Below are positions 52,208-61,529 of a DNA stretch of 64,000 bases, in pieces. This DNA comes from the human T2T-CHM13v2.0 reference genome, Homo sapiens: NCBI RefSeq assembly GCF_009914755.1, contig NC_060946.1. One strand, 5' to 3'. Made by a program: the position numbers and the translations under genes. Position 1 is the stretch's first letter; each line of letters begins with the position of its first letter. The notes under the pieces are model-generated. The model searched no databases. It worked only from the letters and a program-made list of their open reading frames with translations, and was not told where the DNA came from.

Positions 52208-54044
52208 GATCACCCAGGTGATGTAACACATCTAAGTTCGGCCTAAAGGAGCTTTGTGACATATCTCTGCACTGATCACTTAGGTGATGTAACACTTTTA
52301 TAAGCACTGCCTACAGGGAATTTTGACAAATCTGTACACTGATCACCTAGGTGATGTAACTCTTGTCTACCCTCTGTCCAACGGGGCATTGTGAAATATC
52401 TCTGCACTGATGACCCAGGTGATTGAACTCTTGACTAGGAACTGCCTACAGAGGTTATTGTGAAATATCTCTGCACTGATAAAGTAGGTGGTGTAACCCT
52501 TGTCCAAGTTCTGCCTACAGGGGCGTTTTCACATATCCCTGAACTGATTACAAAGGTGATGTAACTGTTGCCTAGGCTTTGCCTAGAGGGGACATTGGAC
52601 ATATATCTGCACTGATCACCCAGGTGATGCAACTCTTGCCTAGGCTTTGCCTTCAGGGGACATTGTGACATATGTCTTCAATGATCACCCATGTGATGCA
52701 ACTCTTGCCTAGGCTTTGCCTACAGGGGACACTGTGACATATCTCTGCACTGATTTCCCAGGTGCTGTAACTTTAAGCTAGGCTCTGGCTACACGGCATT
52801 GTGACATATCACTGCACTGATCAACCAGATGATATAACCCCTGTATAGGCTCTGCCTACAGGGGGCTTGTGACATATCTCTGCACGGATCACCCACGTGA
52901 TATAGCTCTTCTCTAGGATCTGCCTACAGGGTGCTTTGTGACATATCCCTGCACTGATCACCCAGGTGATCTAACTCTGGTCTAAGCTCTTCCTAAAGGT
53001 GCATTGTGACAGATCTCTGCACTGATCACTCAGGTGATGTAACTGTTGTCTAGGCTCTGCTTCAAGGGGCCTTGTCACAAATCTCTGCACTGATCACCCA
53101 GGTGATGTAACTCTTGTCTAGGCTCTGCTTCCAGGGCATATTGTGACATATCTATGAACTGATCACCTTAGTGATGTAACACTTGTGTAGGCTCGGCCTA
53201 CAGGGGAATCTTGACATATCTCTGCACTGTTAACCGAGGTGATTTAACTCTTCTCTAGGCTGTGCCCACAGGGGGATTGAGACATATCTCTGCACTGATC
53301 CCGAGGTGATCCAACTCTTGCCTGGTCTCTGCCTACTGGGGACATTGTGACATATCTCTGCACTGATCTCCCTTGTGCTGCAACTTTAGTCTAGGCTCTG
53401 GCTACACGACATTGTGACATATCAGTGCACTGATCACATAGGTGATATAACTCTTGTCTAGGCTCTGCCTACAATGGTCTTGTGACATATCTCTGCACTG
53501 ATCACCCAGGTGACATAACTATTCTCTAGGATCTGACCACAGGGTGCTTTGTGACATATCAATGCAATGATCACCCAGGTGATATACCACTTGCCAAGGC
53601 TCCGCATACAGGGGCATTGCAATGTATCTCAGCACTGATCACCTAGGTCATGTAACCTTTGTCTAGTCTTTGCCTACGATGGCATTGTGACATATTTCTG
53701 CACTAATCATCCAAGTGATGTAAGTCTTGTCTAGGATCTGCCTACATTAACTTTGTGTCATAATCCTGTACTGATCATCCAGGTGATGGGGTTTTTGTCT
53801 AGACTCTGCCTAAGGGGGCATTGTGACATATTTCTGCATTGATCACCCAGGTGGCGAACTCTTCTCTTGGATCTGCCTATGGGGGCATTGTGACAAATCT
53901 CTACACTGATCACCCAGGTGTCGTAACTGTTGTGTAACCTCTGCCGACAGGGGAATTGTGAGAGATCTCGCCACTGATCTCCCAAGTGATGTAACCATTG
54001 TCTAGGCTTTGCGTAGAGGGGGCTTTGTGACATACCTTTGCACT
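52208..54044 (+). repeat. 27-monomer variant of subfamily C (m22-m23 deleted), 1,837 bp
   Basis: m21 (ending ...tgtatctcagcact) is followed at 53637 by m24 'gatcacctaggtcatgtaacc'. The 'cccagcaaggattac' monomers are absent. Confidence 0.87.
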
Positions 54045-57000
54045 GATCACCCAGGTGATGTAACACATCTAAGTTCGGCCTAAAGGAGCTTTGTGACATA
54101 TCTCTGCACTGATCAGTTAGCTGATGTAACACTTTTATAAGCACTGCCTACAGGGAATTTTGACAAATCTGTACACTGATCACCTAGGTGATGTAACTCT
54201 TGTCTACCCTCTGTCCAACGGGGCATCGTGAAATATCTCTGCACTGATGACCCAGGTGATTCAACTCTTGACTAGGATCTGCCTACAGAGGTTATTGTGA
54301 AATATCTCTGCACTGATAAACTAGGTGGTGTAACCCTTGTCCAAGTTCTGCCTACAGGAGCGTTTTCACATATCCCTGAACTGATGACAAAGGTGATGTA
54401 ACTCTTGCCTAGGCTTTGCCTACAGGGGACATTGGACATATATCTGCACTGATCACCCAGGTGATGCAACTCTTGCCTAGGCTTTGCCTACAGGGGACAT
54501 TGTGACATATCTCTTCAATGATCACCCATGTGATGCAACTCTTGCCTAGGCTTTGCCTACAGGGGAAATTGTGACATATCTCTGCACTGATTACCCAGGT
54601 GCTGTTACTTTAGGCTAGGCTTTGGATACACGACATTGTGACATATCACTGCACTGATCAACCAGGTGATATAACCCCTGTATAGGCTCTGCCTACAGGG
54701 GGCTTGTGACATATCTCTGCACGGATCACCCAGGTGATATAGCTCTTCTCTAGGATCTGCCTACAGGGTGCTTTGTGACATATCCCTGCACTGATCACAC
54801 AGGTGATCTAACTCTGGTCTAAGCCCTTCCTAAAGGGGCATTGTGACAGATCTCTGCACTGATCACTCAGGTGATGTAACTGTTGTCTGGGCTCTGCTTC
54901 AAGGGGCCTTGTCACAAATCCCTGCAATGATCTCCCAGGTGATGTAACTCTTGTCTAGGCTCTGCTTCCAGGGCATATTGTGACATATCTATGCACTGAT
55001 CACCTTAGTGATGTAACACTTGTGTAGGCTCGACCTACAGGGGAATCTTGACATATATCTGCACTGTTAACCGAGGTGATTTAACTCTTCTCTAGGCTGT
55101 GCCCACAGGTGGATGGAGACATATCTCTGCACTGATCCCGAGGTGATCCAACTGTTGCCTTGTCTCTGCCTACTGGGGACATTGTGACATATCTCTGCAC
55201 TGATCTCCCTTGTGCTGCAACTTTAGTCTAGGCTCTGGCTACACGACATTGTGACATATCAGTGCACTGATCACATAGGTGATATAACTCTCTTCTAGGC
55301 TCTGCCTACAATGGTCTTGTGACATATCTCTGCACTGATCACCTAGGTGACATAACTATTCTCTAGGATCTGACCACAGGGTGCATTGTGACACATCCCT
55401 GCAATGATCACCCAGGTGATATACCACTTGCCAAGGCTCTGCCTACAGGGGCATTGCAATGTATCTCAGCACTGATCACCTAGGTCTTGTAACTCTTTTC
55501 TAGGATCTGCCTACAGGGTGCTTTGTGACGTTTCCCAGCAAGGATTAACCAGGTGATGTACCGCTCATCAAGGCTCTGCCTACAGGCACATTGCGATGTA
55601 TCTCTGCACTGATCACCTAGGTCATGTAACCTTTGTCTAGTCTCTGCCTACGATGGCATTGTGACATATTTCTGCACTAATCATCCAAGTGATGTAAGTC
55701 TTGTCTAGGATCTGCCTACATTAACTTTGTGACATAATCCTGTACTGATCATCCAGGTGATGGGGTTTTTGTCTAGGCTCTGCCTAAGGGGGCATTGTGA
55801 CATATTTCTGCATTGATCACCCAGGTGGCGAACTCTTCTCTTGGATCTGCCTATGGGGGCATTGTGACAAATCTCTGCACTGATCACCCAGGTGTCGTAA
55901 CTGTTGTGTAACCTCTGCCTACAGGGGAATTGTGAGAGATCTCGCCACTGATCACCCAAGTGATGTAACCATTGTCTAGGCTTTGCTTACAGGGGGCTTT
56001 GTGACATACCTTTGCACTGATCACCCAGGTGATGTAACACATCTAAGTTCGGCCTAAAGGAGCTTTGTGACATATCTCTGCACTGATCACTTAGGTGATG
56101 TAACACTTTTATAAGCACTGCCTACAGGGAATTTTGACAAATCTGTACACTGATCACCTAGGTGATGTAACTCTTGTCTACCCTCTGTCCAACGGGGCAT
56201 TGTGAAATATCTCTGCACTGATGACCCAGGTGATTCAACTCTTGACTAGGATCTGCCTACAGACGTTATTGTGAAATATCTCTGCACTGATAAACTAGGT
56301 GGTGTAACCCTTGTTCAAGTTCTGCCTACAGGGGAGTTTTCACATATCCCTGAACTGATGACAAAGGTGATGTAACTCTTGCCTAGGCTTTGCCTACAGG
56401 GGACATTGGACATATATCTGCACTGATCACCCAGGTGATGCAACTCTTGCCTAGGCTTTGCCTACAGGGGACATTGTGACATATCTCTTCAATGATCACC
56501 CATGTGATGCAACTCTTGCCTAGGCTTTGCCTACAGAGGACATTGTGACATATCTCTGCACTGATTTCCCAGGTGCTGTAACTTTAGGCTAGGCTCTGGC
56601 TACACGGCATTGTGACATATCACTGCACTGATAAACCAGATGATATAACCCCTGTATAGGCTCTGCCTACAGGGGGCTTGTGACATATCTCTGCACGGAT
56701 CACCCACGTGATATAGCTCTTCTCTAGGATCTGCCTACAGGGTGCTTTGTGACACATCCCTGCACTGATCACCCAGGTGATCTAACTCTGGTATAAGGTC
56801 TTCCTAAAGGGGCATTGTGACAGATCTCTGCACTGATCACTCAGGTGATGTAACTGTTGTCTAGGCTCTGCTTCAAGGGGCCTTGTCACAAATCTCTGCA
56901 CCGATCACCCAGGTGATGTAACTCTTGTCTAGGCTCTGCTTCCAGGGCATATTGTGACATATCTATGCACTGATCACCTTAGTGATGTAACACTTGTGTA

Positions 57001-57992
57001 GGCTCGGCCTACAGGGGAATCTTGACATATCTCTGCACTGTTAACCGAGGTGATTTAACTCTTGTCTAGGCTGTGCCCACAGGGGGATTGAGACATATCT
57101 CTGCACTGATCCCGAGGTGATCCAACTCTTGCCTGGTCTCTGCCTACTGGGGACATTGTGACATATCTCTGCACTGATCTCCCTTGTGCTGCAACTTTAG
57201 TCTAGGCTCTGGCTACACGACATTGTGACATATCAGTGCACTGATCACATAGGTGATATAACTCTTGTCTAGGCTCTGCCTACAATGGTCTTGTGACATA
57301 TCTCTGCACTGATCACCCAGGTGACATAACTATTCTCTAGGATCTGACCACAGGGTGCTTTGTGACATATCCCTGCAATGATCACCCAGGTGATATACCA
57401 CTTGCCAAGGCTCTGCCTACAGGGGCATTGCAATGTACCTCAGCACTGATCACCTAGGTCTTGTAACTCTTTTGTAGGATCTGCCTACAGGGTGCTTTGT
57501 GACGTATCCCAGCAAGGATTACCCAGGTGATGTACCGCTCATCAAGGCTCTGCCTACAGACACATTGCGATGTATCTCTGCACTGATCACCTAGGTCATG
57601 TAACCTTTGTCTAGTCTCTGCCTACGATGGCATTGTGACATATTTCTGCACTAATCATCCAAGTGATGTAACTCTTGTCTAGGATCTGCCTACATTAACT
57701 TCTTGACATAATCCTGTACTGATCATCCAGGTGATGGGGTTTTTGTCTAGGCTCTGCCTAAGGGGGCATTGTGACATATTTCTGCATTGATCACCCAGGT
57801 GGCGAACTCTTCTCTTGGATCTGCCTATGGGGGCATTGTGACAAATCTCTGCACTGATCACCCAGGTGTCGTAACTGTTCTGTAACCTCTGCCTACAGGG
57901 GAATTGTGAGAGATCTCGCCACTGATCACCCAAGTGATGTAACCATTGTCTAGGCTTTGCGTACAGGGGGCTTTGTGACATACATTTGCACT

Positions 57993-60900
57993 GATCACCC
58001 AGGTGATGTAACACATCTAAGTTCGGCCTAAAGGAGCTTTGTGACATATCTCTGCACTGATCACTTAGGTGATGTAACACTTTTATAAGCACTGCCTACA
58101 GGGAATTTTGACAAATCTGTACACTGATCACCTAGGTGATGTAACCCTTGTCTACCCTCTGTCCAACGGGGCATTGTGAAATATCTCTGCACTGATGACC
58201 CAGGTGATTCAACTCTTGACTAGGCTTTGCCTACAGGGGACATTGTGACATATCTCTTCAATGATCACCCATGTGATGCAACTCTTGCCTAGGCTTTGCC
58301 TACAGGGGACATTGTGACATATCTCTGCACTGATTTCCCAGGTGCTGTAACTTTAGGCTAGGCTCTGGCTACACGGCATTGTGACATATCACTGCACTGA
58401 TCGACCAGATGATATAACCCTTGTATAGGCTCTGCCTACAGGGGGCTTGTGACATATATCTGCACGGATCACCCAGGTGATATAGCTCCTCTCTAGGATC
58501 TGCCTACAGGGTGCTTTGTGACATATCCCTGCACTGATCACCCACGTGATCTAACTCTGGTCTAAGGTCTTCCTAAAGGGGCATTGTGACAGATCTCTGC
58601 ACTGATCACTCAGGTGATGTAACTGTTGTCTAGGCTCTGCTTCAAGGTGCCTTGTCACAAATCTCTGCACTGATCACCCAGGTGATGTAACTCTTGTCTA
58701 GGCTCTGCTTCCAGGACATATTGTGACATATCTATGCACTGATCACCTTAGTGATGTAACACTTGTGTAGGCTCGGCCTACAGGGGAATCTTGACATATC
58801 TCTGCACTGTTAACCGAGGTGATTTAACTCTTCTCTAGGCTGTGCCCACAGGGGGATTGAGACATATCTCTGCACTGATCCCGAGGTGATCCAACTCTTG
58901 CCTGGTCTCTGCCTACTGGTGACATAGTGACATATCTCTGCACTGATCTCCCTTGTGCTTCAACTTTAGTCTAGGCTCTGGCTACACGACATTGTGACAT
59001 ATCAGTGCACTGATCACATAGGTGATATAACTTTTGTCTAGGCTCTGCCTACAATGGTCTTGTGACATATCTCTGCACTGATCACACAGGTGATATAACT
59101 ATTCTCTAGGATCTGACCACAGGGTGCTTTGTGACATATCCCTGCAATGATCACCCAGGTGATATACCACTTGCCAAGGCTCTGCCTACAGGGACATTGC
59201 AATGTATCTCAGCACTGATCACCTAGGTCTTGTAACTCTTTTCTAGGATATGCCTACAGGGTGCTTTGTGACGTATCCCAGCAAGGATTACCCAGGTGAT
59301 GTACCGCTCTTCAAGGCTCTGCCTACAGGCACATTGCGATGTATCTCTGCACTGATCACCTAGGTCATATAACCTTTGTCTAGTCTCTGCCTACGATGGC
59401 ATTGTGACATATTTCTGCACTAATCATCCAAGTGATGTAACTCTTGTCTAGGATCTGCCTACATTAACTTTGTGACATAATCCTGTACTGATCATCCAGG
59501 TGAAGGGGTTTTTGTCTAGGCTCTGCCTAAGGGGGCATTGTGACATATTTCTGCATTGATCACCCAGGTGGCGAACTCTTCTCTTGGATCTGCCTATGGG
59601 GGCATTGTGACAAATCTCTGCACTGATCACCCAGGTGTCGTAACTGTTGTGTAACCTCTGCCTACAGGGGAATTGTGAGAGATCTCGCCACTGATCACCC
59701 AAGTGATGTAACCATTGTCTAGGCTTTGCGTACAGGGGGCTTTGTGACATACCTTTGCACTGATCACCCAGGTGATGTAACACATCTAAGTTCGGCCTAA
59801 AGGAGCTTTGTGACATATCTCTGCACTGATCACCTAGGGGTTGTAACACTTTTATAAGCACTGCCTACAGGGAATTTTGACAAATCTGTACACTGATCAC
59901 TTAGTTTATGTACCTCTTGTCTACCATCTGTCCAACGGGGCATTGGGAAATATCTCTGCACTGATGACCCAGGTGATTCAACTCTTGACTAGGCTTTGCC
60001 TACAGGGGACATTGTGACATATCTCTTCAATGATCACCCATGTGATGCAACTCTTGCCTAGGCTTTGCCTACAGGGGACATTGTGACATATCTCTGCACT
60101 GATTTCCCAGGTGCTGTAACTTTAGGCTAGGCTCTGGCTACACGGCATTGTGACATATCACTGCACTGATCAACCAGGTGATATAACACCTGTATAGGCT
60201 GTGCCTACTGGGGGCTTGTGACATATCTCTGCACGGATCACCCAGGTGATATAGCTCTTCTCTAGGATCTGCCTACAGGGTGCTTTGTGACATATGCCTG
60301 CACTGATCACCCAGGTGATCTAACTCTGGTCTAAGCTCTTCCTAAAGGGGCATTGTGACAGATCTCTGCACTGATCACTCAGGTGATGTAACTGTTGTCT
60401 AGGCTCTGCTTCAAGGGGCCTTGTCACAAATCTCTGCACTGATCACCCATGTGATGTAACTCATGTCTAGGCTCTGCTTTCACGGCATATTGTGACATAT
60501 CTATGCACTGATCACCTTAGTGATGTAACACTTGTGTAGGCTCGGCCTACAGGGGAATCTTGACATATCTCTGCACTGTGAACCGAGGTGATTTAACACT
60601 TCTCTAGGCTGTGCCCTCAGGGGGATTGAGACATATCTCTGCACTGATCCCGAGGTGATCCAACTCTTGCCTGGTCTCTGCCTACTGGGGACATTGTGAC
60701 ATATCTCTGCACTGATCTCCCTTGTGCTGCAACTTATTCTAGGCTCTGGCTACACGACATTGTGACATATCAGTGCACTGATCACATAGGTGTTATAACT
60801 CTTGTCTAGGATCTGCCTACAATGGTCTTGTGACATATCTCTGCACTGATCACCCAGGTGACATAACTATTCTCTAGGATCTGACCACAGGGTGCATTGG

Positions 60901-61529
60901 GACATATCCCTGCAATGATCACCCAGGTGATATACCACTTGCCAAGGCTCTGCCTAGAGGGGCATTGCAATGTATCTCAGCACTGATCACCTAGGTCTTG
61001 TAACTCTTTTCTAGGATCTGCCTACAGGGTGCTTTGTGACGTATCCCAGCAAGGATTACCCAGGGGATGTACCGCTCATCAAGTCTCTGCCTACAGGCAC
61101 ATTGCGATGTATCTCTGCACTGATCACCTAGGTCATGTAACCTTTGTCTAGTCTCTGCCTACGATGACATTGTGACATATTTCTGCACTAATCATCCAAG
61201 TGATGTAAGTCTTGTCTAGGATCTGCCTACATTAACTTTGTGACATAATCCTGTACTGATCATCCAGGTGATGGGGTTTTTGTCTAGGCTCTGCCTAAGG
61301 GGGCACTGTGACATATTTCTGCATTGATCACCCAGGTGGCGAACTCTTCTCTTGGATCTGCCTATGGGGGCATTGTGACAAATCTCTGCACTGATCACCC
61401 AGGTGTCGTAACTGTTGTGTAACCTCTGCCTACAGGGGAATTGTGAGAGATCTCGCCACTGATCACCCAAGTGATGTAACCATTGTCTAGGCTTTGCGTA
61501 CAGGGGGCTTTGTGACATACCTTTGCACT
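57993..61529 (+). repeat. Two tandem 26-monomer units (1,769 and 1,768 bp) sharing an m4/m7 fusion
   Basis: Hybrid 'gatgacccaggtgattcaactcttgactagg|ctttgcctacaggggacattgtgacatatctcttcaat' at 58194 and 59963, with m5-m6 absent. Confidence 0.88.
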
